A DNA stretch of 60,496 nucleotides from the IMG/VR virus record IMGVR_UViG_3300033146_000395, positions 1 to 60,496 of that record; one strand, given 5' to 3'. Position 1 is the first letter of the stretch; each line of letters opens with the position of its first letter. This document shows positions 18,420 through 28,455 of the stretch, piece after piece. The notes under the pieces were generated by a model, which saw nothing but the letters and a program-made list of their open reading frames with translations, did no database searches and had not been told where the DNA came from. The position numbers and the translations under genes are program-made. The DNA is from a virus (taxonomy: Duplodnaviria; Caudoviricetes).

Positions 18420-19261
18420 TATGAAGTTTGATTAGGTGTTCCGAAAATACTTCTAAAAAAATTGCCAAGACCTGTGCCAGTTTGATCTTGATTTAAACTA
18501 TAGTCAGTATTCATAAAAATACTATAATCTAATGGTGATTGTTGTGTGGTTAATGCAGGGGATATGGGTTGAAAATAAGTTGAGGGTTGTTGAGACGGAA
18601 CAACTTGAGACCCGCCCAAGCTAGACACAGCTTCGCTGATACCCATAGCATCTACCATTGTGTCTGTTCCTTGCGCCTGTGTTGCAGCTGTTTGAAAAAA
18701 CTGTTGAAATCCTGGTGCGTTTTGATTCATGCTTCGTCCGTATAACGGAGACTCAAGACCTTCTATTCCAGCGCCTAACGCAGCAAATCCACTGCTCAAA
18801 GATTGCGCTTGCCTCCGTGCAGCATCAGCTGCTCTTTGCGCTTCTCCTGCGCTTTCGGCTAATTTTATCTGAGCAATAGAAGCGTCATCAGTCATCTTCT
18901 CTTGAACAATAGCTTCTTCTCTACCCATGGTTCTTTCTCCTATTAGGTCTGCAATATCTTGAGCTTGAGATGTTTGAATCGCCCCCTCCTTACCTATACC
19001 AGCTGCTAATAATCTTGGATCAGCTTCTTGTAAAGCCTGTAGTCTTTGCTTAGATGCTTGCGCTTGTAGCCTCTTTAACTCTTCAAATTGCTCTAGCCCT
19101 AAGCCCAACTCTTCTGTTCTTACAGTAGATACCTGTTGAAGTGCATTTTGTATCGCCTGTTTAGTTTTGGCTTCAGCTTCTCTTCGCTCTTTTTGAGCAG
19201 CAGCTGACTGTATAAAACTGCCTGCTAAACCTAAACCCGCTATTATCGCTTGTACTGCCAT
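18419..19261 (-). CDS. Putative ejection (pilot) protein
   Basis: Hydrophobic Gly/Ala N-terminus (AIIAGLGLAG) followed by Q/A-rich coiled coil. Confidence 0.6.
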   Translation of the reverse strand: MAVQAIIAGLGLAGSFIQSAAAQKERREAEAKTKQAIQNALQQVSTVRTEELGLGLEQFEELKRLQAQASKQRLQALQEADPRLLAAGIGKEGAIQTSQAQDIADLIGERTMGREEAIVQEKMTDDASIAQIKLAESAGEAQRAADAARRQAQSLSSGFAALGAGIEGLESPLYGRSMNQNAPGFQQFFQTAATQAQGTDTMVDAMGISEAVSSLGGSQVVPSQQPSTYFQPISPALTTQQSPLDYSIFMNTDYSLNQDQTGTGLGNFFRSIFGTPNQTS

Positions 19262-19284
19262 AGATATAGTATTCTTATGTTATG

Positions 19285-19292
19285 CAAATATA
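19285..19292 (-). promoter_or_regulatory. -7 element TATATTTG for the ejection-protein operon
   Basis: CAAATATA on the + strand in the intergenic gap. Confidence 0.6.
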
Positions 19293-19299
19293 CAAAAAA

Positions 19300-20058
19300 C
19301 TATGGGTAGCTTTTTAATATATCTGATGTTATAGCAAATAACTCAACAGGTGTAGTATCATTGTTTGTCAAGGTAAAGTCACAAAAATAACCCCTCATTC
19401 CCATTGATTCAGCTACGCTGTCTTTCAAAGAAAGGATAAAAGCACTTGCTGGAGGGGGTGTTCCTGCGCTACAGTCCACCGTTATTTGTTTATTAGCTCT
19501 ATCAATTGCTGTTACAACTCCAGCCTTTGTGGGAGTTGATCCAAAAAATATAGAATCACCAACACTCAGCATAGATCCTACTTCCACTTGAAACGATATT
19601 ACTGTCGCATTAGCTGGGCCGGTAACTGTAGTAGATGTTCCTATTCCATTTGCTGATCTCATGTTAAAGTTTTCTGTGCCAGACTCTGCTCTTATAAAGC
19701 TAAAATATGCGCCTTCTTTCTTTTCAAAGTAAGAGCTTTCTATAGATCCTGTCTGAAGATCTGTAACTCCATCAAACTTCCATGGTGCATCAGACTCTAA
19801 TTCTATAGTTTTAAATAATTTAACTGTGAGCGGATCTATGTTAAATACAGATGTTATTTTAGATGCATTCGCTGGATCAGAACCAGGGGTGTCGTAGTAT
19901 GAGTTTCTTTCTTCGTTGGTGTTGTGTCTGTATACGTTTCCATTCTTGAATGTGTACAAGTAGTTGTTCATACCCTTTATAAACTCAGGATAATAACTAT
20001 AAAACGAAGGCCATCCTTTTACGTCTGGACTATATGTTACTGTGAATGTTGTTGACAT
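19300..20058 (-). CDS. Tail nozzle/stabilisation protein, C-terminal module encoded separately
   Basis: TYSPDVKGWPSFYSY, KLFKTIELE, FEKKEG.YF, GMRGYF motifs typical of the C-terminus of crAss-like/flavobacterial stabilisation proteins. Confidence 0.6.
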   Translation of the reverse strand: MSTTFTVTYSPDVKGWPSFYSYYPEFIKGMNNYLYTFKNGNVYRHNTNEERNSYYDTPGSDPANASKITSVFNIDPLTVKLFKTIELESDAPWKFDGVTDLQTGSIESSYFEKKEGAYFSFIRAESGTENFNMRSANGIGTSTTVTGPANATVISFQVEVGSMLSVGDSIFFGSTPTKAGVVTAIDRANKQITVDCSAGTPPPASAFILSLKDSVAESMGMRGYFCDFTLTNNDTTPVELFAITSDILKSYP

Positions 20059-20069
20059 ATCTTTTTATT

Positions 20070-23000
20070 TTAAGTACATGCTATGTTAGCTATAACTATA
20101 CCGTTTTCAACTTGAATCGCTCTATGAGGCGCTGGACCTATTCCACTAGCATACCACCCATCATCCATTGGGGTTACACCATTAGGATCTTTAAATACAG
20201 CTCTGTAGCCATGTCGGCCAGATGCGTTGTTATTTGGCGTGTCATAAAATAGAGGGAAGGAAGGTAGGTCTGGGCCATAACTAGGTCCTCCACTGCCTAT
20301 TTCATCCACAAAACCGTTTACACCACTAAATTTTGGTAAAGGCGTAAAGTAATATGTTTCTGTTGCTAAAGCACAAACAGACGATGTTTGCTTTACACTT
20401 GCCTGGAAAGAAGGAAGAGCTGCTGGACAGAAAGCTGCTGCCTTCCAAACAGTTGAATCACATGGGCCTAAAACCTCTAATTGAATATTTTGTATAAAAG
20501 AACTTGTCTTTGGAATAACTAGGGTGTTAAAAATCTGTTGCCCAAACTGAAAAAGCCTACCTCCTGGAGTAAAGAAAGTTGTTCCAGGGCCAGGAGCGTT
20601 AGATACATTGTAGGTGTACGACTTAGAAGTGCCGGTGTTGTTCCATGAGCTTCCAGTATATCCATCGAAATATCTATATGGTACTGTGTCTTGGTTTAGG
20701 CAGTAGCTTCTAACAGTACTTGAGCAGCTATTATTTGCTATTGAGCTTCCTGCCAGAACAAATCCTCCGCTAGGATCCGACCAAACACCTCCATTAACTG
20801 TGTATTGCTGCCTATTGTAAGTGATAGTTCTAGGGCCCCTTGTGTCTACTAGCGTATTGTACGTTTGCCCATTGTATATAGCTCTAACTCCATCTATATA
20901 CCCTCGAGGGTCAAAATGTATTATAACAGCCCCAGTGTCACTACCCACGTTTAAATTTACATTATAATACCCTTCGCCTCCACTAGGTATATTTAAGTCG
21001 TCACCGCTACAAGCTTGAGACGGCGGGCATGTTGGGCACGAAGTTAAAGCTCCTAGCACACCTTGAGCATCTAGCTCTCTATACTGTCCATTCACTCCTT
21101 TATACAAACCTGGTGCAGCAAGTGTTTGCGATGCGTCAGAATAAAGAGTGTTAGAAAGTGGAGTAGTATCAAAGTTAGTCCCTAGTGGTAAGTAATATGT
21201 GTCTGAGGACGGCGACCCGCAGCACAATACATATTCATCTGATGCATCAAAAGCTAACTCAACAGAATTAACACAGACAGGGCATGTTGTAACAACTCCG
21301 AGTGTTGAAGATGATTGCTCTCTATATGTTCCTGAAGTAGGTACTTGATAGAATCCATCAGCTGCCGGAGTTAGGTTGGTGTCTGAATACAAGTTAGTTG
21401 TAGCGTCAAAAGATGATCCATCAATATAGTAAGTTGCCGTAGGTTTTGTGTTACAACATAAGTCTGTGGCATCTACACTACTGTATTCTAAAGTAATCGC
21501 AGTAACACACGAAGGACACGCAATTGCTGACTGAAGCACCCCTCCAGAAGTTTGTTCTCTGTAAGTTGTTTGTAGGTTTTCTTTATAAAATCCAGCTGCA
21601 GCTTTTGTTGTAAGTGTGTCGTCCGTGTATATGTTAGTTGCATCAGCAAATGTAGTTCCATCTACTCTAGCCATAAACACATTGGAGGTCTGCTGAGGAT
21701 CGCAACAAACTTCTTGTGCGCTTACAGAACTGTAATCTAAATTAAGAGATACAGCGCAGGTTAAACATGTAGCTGCTGTTTGAAGTGCAGATGAAGATTG
21801 CTCTCTATATTGGATTTGTCCAACAGGCAAATAGAATCCGTCAGCAGAAGGCGTTGTTAAACTTGTGTTGTCATATAGAACTGTAGCAGAATAAAACCCT
21901 CCTTCAAGTGCGCTTACATATTTAGTATTTGGTGTGAGTGATAAGCAACAAACGTCTACCGAAGAGTCAGAATCATACACTACAGACACCCCTATATAAC
22001 AATTAGGAAGTGATTGCTGTGATCCTAAAACTCCTGATGATTGTTCTCTATAGAAAGTTCCCGCAGCCTCTTTATAGAATGCATCAGGCGCTGGGTTAGT
22101 TGCCCCTATGTCTGTAAATAATGCTGGAGCATTTGCGAATGTAGTTCCATTGGCAATGTAGAATGTTCCTGACTGTGGAGTTCCACAAGTTAAATCAATA
22201 GCCGTACTATCAAACTCTAATGTAATTGCATAATGGGTAGGCGGCGTTATACATGGACTAGTTACCGATTGAACGATACCATCTATAACTTGTATGTATG
22301 AATCTGGATTAGTTCCACCCGCGCTATCAATGGTGTAATATCCGTCAGGTAAAAGGTTTTCTCCGTTTTCATCAGTGAACACCCAGTTGGATTGTTCAGG
22401 CACAGTGTTGGTTCTAACCGATATTTGTCCAGTTCCAGGTTGGTCTGCGTTTCTAGCAAAGTAAAAAGTTTCTGTCAAAGGATTGCAGCTTCCGTCAGAC
22501 TGAACTGGAGTTGAACTAAAACTTGGTAAAGCCACAGGACAAAACGTTGCTATATCAAATACAGTTCCTGTGCTTATACCTATTGACTCTACTAGCACTG
22601 TAGAAGGGAATTGATTTGGTTTTGGCACAACTATAGTCCCCCATTCAAAATTAGTGTTTGCTGTTCTGGCGTCATCTCCTGCAGATAAGGTTGCTGTTTT
22701 AGTTGATCCTGATGGAATCCAAGCTTGTGTGCTTGGGTCATAGGAATAAAATGGCAGCTCAAAACTCGTGGTAGGTCCATTAGGGAATGGTGGGTTTGGC
22801 AAAGAATCTGTTGGATCTCCAACGATTGTGAATGAACTATCTGTAGATCCTTGCGCTGGGACGAGGTCACCTATAAATGCCATTTTATTATAATACGCCC
22901 CATCATACAAAACCCTAACACCATCAGGTATTCCTCTTGGATTAAAGTAAACAATCATAGCGCCTGTATCACCAGGGTTGCTGCCGCCTTCAAAATTCAT

Positions 23001-26000
23001 TTCAGAATAACTTTCTCCTTGTATACTTGATGTAGGAGCTGGCGTGCTTGAACATGGTACAGTCGGCAAGAAACAATCTCCAACTTCTATGACAATTCCT
23101 CGTTTTACTTTTATGTAAGTAGTGTCTGATAATATGTAAAACTGCGCAGTTAGCGTGTCGTTTAATTTTGTTGTAGCTACAAAGTCTTCAAACACATAGT
23201 TACCTACAATTGGCTTATTATTAGTGTCCTCTACAAATGAACTCCCGTTCCACGTTGCATTTCTAGCAAAGAAGAATGTATTTTCGTTTGTGTCTGGAGT
23301 ACAGTTGTTGTTTAATTGAGGAGCTGAACAATTAAAAGATGGTAGTGGTGCTGGGCAGTTCACTATCCAGTTAAACTCTCCTTCATCCACACCAAAACAA
23401 TCTACCGACACATTGTATGATCCTGTCCAAGGTAAAACCATCGTATATATCGTTGGGTCTCCACCTTTAAGATCTATGTTTGTTGGATCAACAGTAACTG
23501 TTGATAATGGAAACCCTGGATTTATATAGTTCCCTGCAGAATTTAACTTAAACGTAGGAAGGTTTGAGGTGGTTTCAGGTGTTATAAAAGGTGTTCCTAT
23601 ATATGTCGGCTCCCCTGAATTGCTATTGATGCCTACAGGGTCTCCAGAATTGTTATTATATGTAAATTGATTTTGCAGTGTTGTATTTGAGAATCCAGCT
23701 CGAACTCCAAGAGGAGTGTTTGCAGGTCTAAAATAAATCACAACAGGCTGTTTTAAAGTAGTTAGTGAAATATCTCCAATATAAGTTCCGCCCACCTGGG
23801 TTGCTGATGCTAAAGTCCCGCAGTCAACAACGCAAGTTATGCATGGCTCTTCGTCTTGTAAAATCCCATTAGATTGATATCTAGATATTGTTCCGTCAGA
23901 ATAAAATTGATCAGGAGCAAGTTGAGTTAAAGATGGATTAGTGTAAACACTAGATGCTTGAGATAAAAATGGCGCATCTATATAAAATGTTGCTTTTGAA
24001 GTACACTCGCAGCAGACGTCATTTGCGCTAACTGTAGAAGTACATAACTCTATCGCATTAACATTTCTGTAATCCCAAACTAAATATAGATACGCATGAT
24101 CAGATGGATTGTTGTATGTAAACGAAGCCTGATACTTACCTGTAGATGGGTTTGATGTTGGAGTAGCCACAGTTAAGTTTGGATCTACCAATAGAGATGT
24201 TATATCTGCAGATGTGTTTTGATATAGCGTGTTTGAAACTAAATATCTAAAGTTGTGATAGTTTTCGTCAAAAACAAAATCATCGTTAGATAATTTATTT
24301 GATATGATCGTAATCGTAGCTCCGTCTGCAGGTATAAGTCCAACCGACTCTTTTCCTGTTCCGCTCTGATATTGTGAGACTACAGGCACTGGTAGCCCAC
24401 CGAACTCAATTTGTGTGCTGGATAAGGGACTCGCAGGATTAGGCGCTAACTCCCATTGATATTGATTGTGTATGTATTTATCTTCATCTTCCGGAGAAGT
24501 TATTGCCACTTGAATAACTGTTAATTCAGCTGCATCAACGCAGTTAGGCGTTATAGTGTAGTCTCCTCTTTGAGAAGGAGTGACTCTAAATTCAGCGGTA
24601 GTGGGATAAGCAAAATCTTTACTAAAAATTACAGACGATGTTCCGGCGGGTAAACTATATGTTGTGGTACTGCCATTGTAAATAATATCTAAAGATAAAT
24701 TTACTGTAGATGTATAATCTATTGTAGCGTCCCCAATTACTTCACCAAAATTTACTATAAATGAATATGGCCTTATGTCAGAGTCTTTTATAATTATAGG
24801 GGTCCCACAACCTGATTCTGGAATAGGTATAGGAATAGGTTGATCGTTAGACCCTAAAACATATTCATTCATGTATGGATCGTAACCACCTAGCTTTTGA
24901 GTTTCAAATCCCTGTTGGAATTTATCTCTAAAGTAAGATCTCATTCCAGCTTGAGAAATAACCTCCAGCTTTTCGTTTGAATAATCAGAACCTGTTAGTT
25001 TTATAACAGCGCCTCTACTTGTGTCGGTAAAATATTTATCATACCCAAACGAAGCAAAGCTTTCTGGGTTTTGACTAATACCATATTCTTCTAATCTAGC
25101 TATCTGAGTTCCTAAAACTTCAGGCACAGATGTGATAGCTCCGCCAGCTGCTGCATCAGACAATAAGTTTTTACCGGCCAAAACATAAGAAATTCTATCT
25201 TCCTGAAGAACAAGAAGGTCTGTTTCTCTAGGCGCTAGCTTCTGAATAGATCCGTAGTTTTTCTCTAAGTCTTTAAAGTTTGCAAGTCCTAAGTTGAATT
25301 CGTTTAATCTATTTACGTTTGTCTCGTTTCTAAATACACCACTGTATGTTATGCCCGCAAACCTGTGGGCTCTCTTGTAGTCTTGCTCTGATACAGAGGT
25401 AACTCTCTCTCCTAAATAAAACTTAGCTCCTGTTTGGTTATCCAAAGCTTTATAACTTTCAACGCCATTTCCAAAAGAAAAGCAGTCAAAAAAACTTAGA
25501 GTCATTATTGCTGGTTGAGTAGCGGTCTGATTTTGATCTCCGTCTTTATTTCCAGACATGTGGAATCCCCCTGATATGTCGTAGTTTTCAGAACCTTCAT
25601 AATAAAGGTCCACATCAGCGTCCAATGGTTTTGTTTCAAAAACACACAAACTTTGAGCTAGAGTCACAATGATTTCTATCTTTATTTTTGATGACTCCTG
25701 ATATGGGCAATGTTTTATGCCACACATTCCAACTAAATACATTCTCCCTGGAGTCATTGATGGAATAAAGCCTTGGGTTGTCGGTTGAACAAATTGAAGC
25801 TGATGATTCCTTCCTCTAGTTTTTGATTCTGATATTTCATATCCCCCTGCTGTAGTTAAATCGGTAGCTAGATTCGGGTAAAAAGTTATGCTTTGATTTT
25901 GAGGATCGTTATCATCATTGCCACCTTTTACTCCGTTTTCAAAATTTATGTTTTCACCTATAACAAATTGATAAAGACTATCATAGTCGGCATTTGCGGT

Positions 26001-28454
26001 AAATATTTTTGCGTCATCACCACCTAATCCGTAATCATAATAAACACTTCCACATCTTTTTTGAAATCCAGAGTCTCTGTAAAACTTAATCCTAAACTCT
26101 ACTGTCGAACCAGCTGGTATAGCATATGCATTATAGTATGGATCAGCCGGCTGCAGATCTTGACTTTCATCAAAAACTGGTTGCCACGTAAGGGCATAAT
26201 CTCCCTTGCTAAAAGAAGAGGGGTTTTTTATAACAACAACCTCATCTAGCGGTCTGCTTGCTATAAAATCATCTGGTCTAACTTCCATATATAAACCAGA
26301 GGGCTCAGGAACTTCGTCCCCTGCAGAGGTTTCATTGTTTAAAAAATCTTTAGATTTAGCCTCTAGCGACAAAACTTGTGTTTCAACAACTCTTGATATT
26401 GTCCCCGCCAAATCTCTCTTCACAATCAATTCATCTCCGCTTTTTACTTTTGTTTGGTTCTGACCTAGCAGCTGAAAGAAAACACTACTTGAGTTAGGAT
26501 CTTTAAAAGATAAATTGCTATATATAGTCTCATAGTCTGACTGAACTCTTTTTACTACAAACTTATATTTAGTTGCCCAACTTGGAGGCAAAGAATTTAG
26601 AGTTACTTTTAATTTGTTTATTGCAGTTGAAGATGAGGGAGAAGTATAAACAGAGTTATTAGAAGAAACAAGAGCAGTTGAGCTTCTGTTGTATTCGTCC
26701 ATATAAACTATTCCAACTTCATAATCTCTGTTACTGTGCAAACTTTTTTTAGATGCTGATGAAGAAAAAAATGGGCTTACTGTAAAAACAGAAAAATATT
26801 CAAACAAATTGTAAACAGTTCCTGGAGTTGTGGTATCGTCTTTAAATCTTATAGCCGGAAATTGTAAGCTAAAAATGTTTGATCCAGGATTTGCTGTTAC
26901 CACAACACCTTCAAAAGCCTTATTAACGCCAAATTCATCTTTAACCCAAGTAAAAGTATTATCAACTCTAGGGCTATCAACCGCACACACAAATCTTTCC
27001 GTCAAACTAAACCCTTGGCTAGAAGTTCCGCACGAGGAAATTGGTTGGACGTTTGGACTCCCAAACCTTGTGGAAGCTCCTATCGCAGTTTGAAAAGCTG
27101 CAGATGAAACTAAATCAAATGCATTTGCATAATCTCTTTGTAAAGAAAATGAAAAGTTTTCATCTATAGGCGCTGTTACACTTGGACTTCCAGATGTTTC
27201 TCCTGCAAAAGTGTTGTGCTGAAACTCAAATCCTATTTGAAGTAAAGACCCCGCTTTTAAATCTAATCCGCTAAAGTCAAAGGTGACTTTACTTTGAGGT
27301 ATTGATATATTGTTCTGTCCTGTTGTAAAGTTGTATACACTGCTAGAGGATGTTTCTTCTAAGTCAGAAGCTCCAGGGTTTGTTGTAATAATTTCTGTGT
27401 CAAAATCTATGTTTATGGGAGCTCCAGATTCATTAGATATATCATATCCTTCGACGTAATTACCAAACATTAGTCGGTTGCCCATCAAAACTAAAGATTT
27501 AGCTGTCAATGGAACATTGTCGTAAAGCCTTAATAACTCCGATTCTGTAAGCGTAGTATATATTTTTCCGTTATTAAAGGTAAGTGACTGTGTAGAGTTG
27601 CTTGGATATCCCAAACCTTCTTTATCTACCTTTTCAATAACGTTTATGACATTGGATTCAGGAATTTTAAAACACACATCTACACCAACAACATCTTGAG
27701 AACCTGTGTTAAAAGAAACGTTTACACTATTGTAGATGTTTTTCATTCCCTCATTGTTCATGTCTGAAAGATTGAACCTGAATTGTGAAGGCTCAAAGGC
27801 AACATCTGTAAATTGGGAAAGGGCAGAATATTCGCCGTCAACATATCTATATCTATAGGCAAAAGAAACGAACCTAGTCTCTAAATAATTTTCTTCACCC
27901 GGTGAATTTCTTAGTGATACAGAAGGCGCTTCTGATGGAGGCTTAACTATTAAGTTAATCTCTTCATCTGTAATCTTATCCACCCCATTCTCAGGAAAAT
28001 CATAATCTCTAGATACATTTATTTTTCTTGGCGGATTTAAGTTGTCTGTAAAGTATAACAGATCTTCGATCTTATCTACGCCAGTGATTAAGTGTTTGTC
28101 ACTAAAGTTTAATACAGTATAACTTTCTATATGTTTTGTTAGGTTATTATTTCTAACGTCGTATGATAATATTAAGTCGCCTATATCAGACGTTACAAAC
28201 CAATATATTGTGTCGTTCTCAGAATCAGCATAAGCCCCGATACAGGTTGGGTTCTGTCCACTTAAGCTTTGGCCATCAAAGTTAATATCAGTAAGTCTGG
28301 TGTTACCTTTTGAGTTTTCTACAGCTCCAATCTCAGATCCCTCTGTAGATCCGAGCCTAACATTCATTGCGTCAATGTACTCTCCAGGACGAATCAATCG
28401 TTCATCCACAGACTTATTCATTACGCCTCTAACAAAATTCTGAGTTGTCTTCAA
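20070..28454 (-). CDS. Tail nozzle/stabilisation protein with ~1600-aa Cys-rich repeat extension
   Basis: 2794 aa, TTG start; MNKSVDERL, FTDNLNPPRKIN, FAYRYRY.DGEYS, GNRLMFGNY, NRLNEFN, YGISQNPESF, YFTD..RG, GGYDPY; then repeated domains. Confidence 0.75.
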   Translation of the reverse strand: MKTTQNFVRGVMNKSVDERLIRPGEYIDAMNVRLGSTEGSEIGAVENSKGNTRLTDINFDGQSLSGQNPTCIGAYADSENDTIYWFVTSDIGDLILSYDVRNNNLTKHIESYTVLNFSDKHLITGVDKIEDLLYFTDNLNPPRKINVSRDYDFPENGVDKITDEEINLIVKPPSEAPSVSLRNSPGEENYLETRFVSFAYRYRYVDGEYSALSQFTDVAFEPSQFRFNLSDMNNEGMKNIYNSVNVSFNTGSQDVVGVDVCFKIPESNVINVIEKVDKEGLGYPSNSTQSLTFNNGKIYTTLTESELLRLYDNVPLTAKSLVLMGNRLMFGNYVEGYDISNESGAPINIDFDTEIITTNPGASDLEETSSSSVYNFTTGQNNISIPQSKVTFDFSGLDLKAGSLLQIGFEFQHNTFAGETSGSPSVTAPIDENFSFSLQRDYANAFDLVSSAAFQTAIGASTRFGSPNVQPISSCGTSSQGFSLTERFVCAVDSPRVDNTFTWVKDEFGVNKAFEGVVVTANPGSNIFSLQFPAIRFKDDTTTPGTVYNLFEYFSVFTVSPFFSSSASKKSLHSNRDYEVGIVYMDEYNRSSTALVSSNNSVYTSPSSSTAINKLKVTLNSLPPSWATKYKFVVKRVQSDYETIYSNLSFKDPNSSSVFFQLLGQNQTKVKSGDELIVKRDLAGTISRVVETQVLSLEAKSKDFLNNETSAGDEVPEPSGLYMEVRPDDFIASRPLDEVVVIKNPSSFSKGDYALTWQPVFDESQDLQPADPYYNAYAIPAGSTVEFRIKFYRDSGFQKRCGSVYYDYGLGGDDAKIFTANADYDSLYQFVIGENINFENGVKGGNDDNDPQNQSITFYPNLATDLTTAGGYEISESKTRGRNHQLQFVQPTTQGFIPSMTPGRMYLVGMCGIKHCPYQESSKIKIEIIVTLAQSLCVFETKPLDADVDLYYEGSENYDISGGFHMSGNKDGDQNQTATQPAIMTLSFFDCFSFGNGVESYKALDNQTGAKFYLGERVTSVSEQDYKRAHRFAGITYSGVFRNETNVNRLNEFNLGLANFKDLEKNYGSIQKLAPRETDLLVLQEDRISYVLAGKNLLSDAAAGGAITSVPEVLGTQIARLEEYGISQNPESFASFGYDKYFTDTSRGAVIKLTGSDYSNEKLEVISQAGMRSYFRDKFQQGFETQKLGGYDPYMNEYVLGSNDQPIPIPIPESGCGTPIIIKDSDIRPYSFIVNFGEVIGDATIDYTSTVNLSLDIIYNGSTTTYSLPAGTSSVIFSKDFAYPTTAEFRVTPSQRGDYTITPNCVDAAELTVIQVAITSPEDEDKYIHNQYQWELAPNPASPLSSTQIEFGGLPVPVVSQYQSGTGKESVGLIPADGATITIISNKLSNDDFVFDENYHNFRYLVSNTLYQNTSADITSLLVDPNLTVATPTSNPSTGKYQASFTYNNPSDHAYLYLVWDYRNVNAIELCTSTVSANDVCCECTSKATFYIDAPFLSQASSVYTNPSLTQLAPDQFYSDGTISRYQSNGILQDEEPCITCVVDCGTLASATQVGGTYIGDISLTTLKQPVVIYFRPANTPLGVRAGFSNTTLQNQFTYNNNSGDPVGINSNSGEPTYIGTPFITPETTSNLPTFKLNSAGNYINPGFPLSTVTVDPTNIDLKGGDPTIYTMVLPWTGSYNVSVDCFGVDEGEFNWIVNCPAPLPSFNCSAPQLNNNCTPDTNENTFFFARNATWNGSSFVEDTNNKPIVGNYVFEDFVATTKLNDTLTAQFYILSDTTYIKVKRGIVIEVGDCFLPTVPCSSTPAPTSSIQGESYSEMNFEGGSNPGDTGAMIVYFNPRGIPDGVRVLYDGAYYNKMAFIGDLVPAQGSTDSSFTIVGDPTDSLPNPPFPNGPTTSFELPFYSYDPSTQAWIPSGSTKTATLSAGDDARTANTNFEWGTIVVPKPNQFPSTVLVESIGISTGTVFDIATFCPVALPSFSSTPVQSDGSCNPLTETFYFARNADQPGTGQISVRTNTVPEQSNWVFTDENGENLLPDGYYTIDSAGGTNPDSYIQVIDGIVQSVTSPCITPPTHYAITLEFDSTAIDLTCGTPQSGTFYIANGTTFANAPALFTDIGATNPAPDAFYKEAAGTFYREQSSGVLGSQQSLPNCYIGVSVVYDSDSSVDVCCLSLTPNTKYVSALEGGFYSATVLYDNTSLTTPSADGFYLPVGQIQYREQSSSALQTAATCLTCAVSLNLDYSSVSAQEVCCDPQQTSNVFMARVDGTTFADATNIYTDDTLTTKAAAGFYKENLQTTYREQTSGGVLQSAIACPSCVTAITLEYSSVDATDLCCNTKPTATYYIDGSSFDATTNLYSDTNLTPAADGFYQVPTSGTYREQSSSTLGVVTTCPVCVNSVELAFDASDEYVLCCGSPSSDTYYLPLGTNFDTTPLSNTLYSDASQTLAAPGLYKGVNGQYRELDAQGVLGALTSCPTCPPSQACSGDDLNIPSGGEGYYNVNLNVGSDTGAVIIHFDPRGYIDGVRAIYNGQTYNTLVDTRGPRTITYNRQQYTVNGGVWSDPSGGFVLAGSSIANNSCSSTVRSYCLNQDTVPYRYFDGYTGSSWNNTGTSKSYTYNVSNAPGPGTTFFTPGGRLFQFGQQIFNTLVIPKTSSFIQNIQLEVLGPCDSTVWKAAAFCPAALPSFQASVKQTSSVCALATETYYFTPLPKFSGVNGFVDEIGSGGPSYGPDLPSFPLFYDTPNNNASGRHGYRAVFKDPNGVTPMDDGWYASGIGPAPHRAIQVENGIVIANIACT

Positions 28455-28455
28455 T

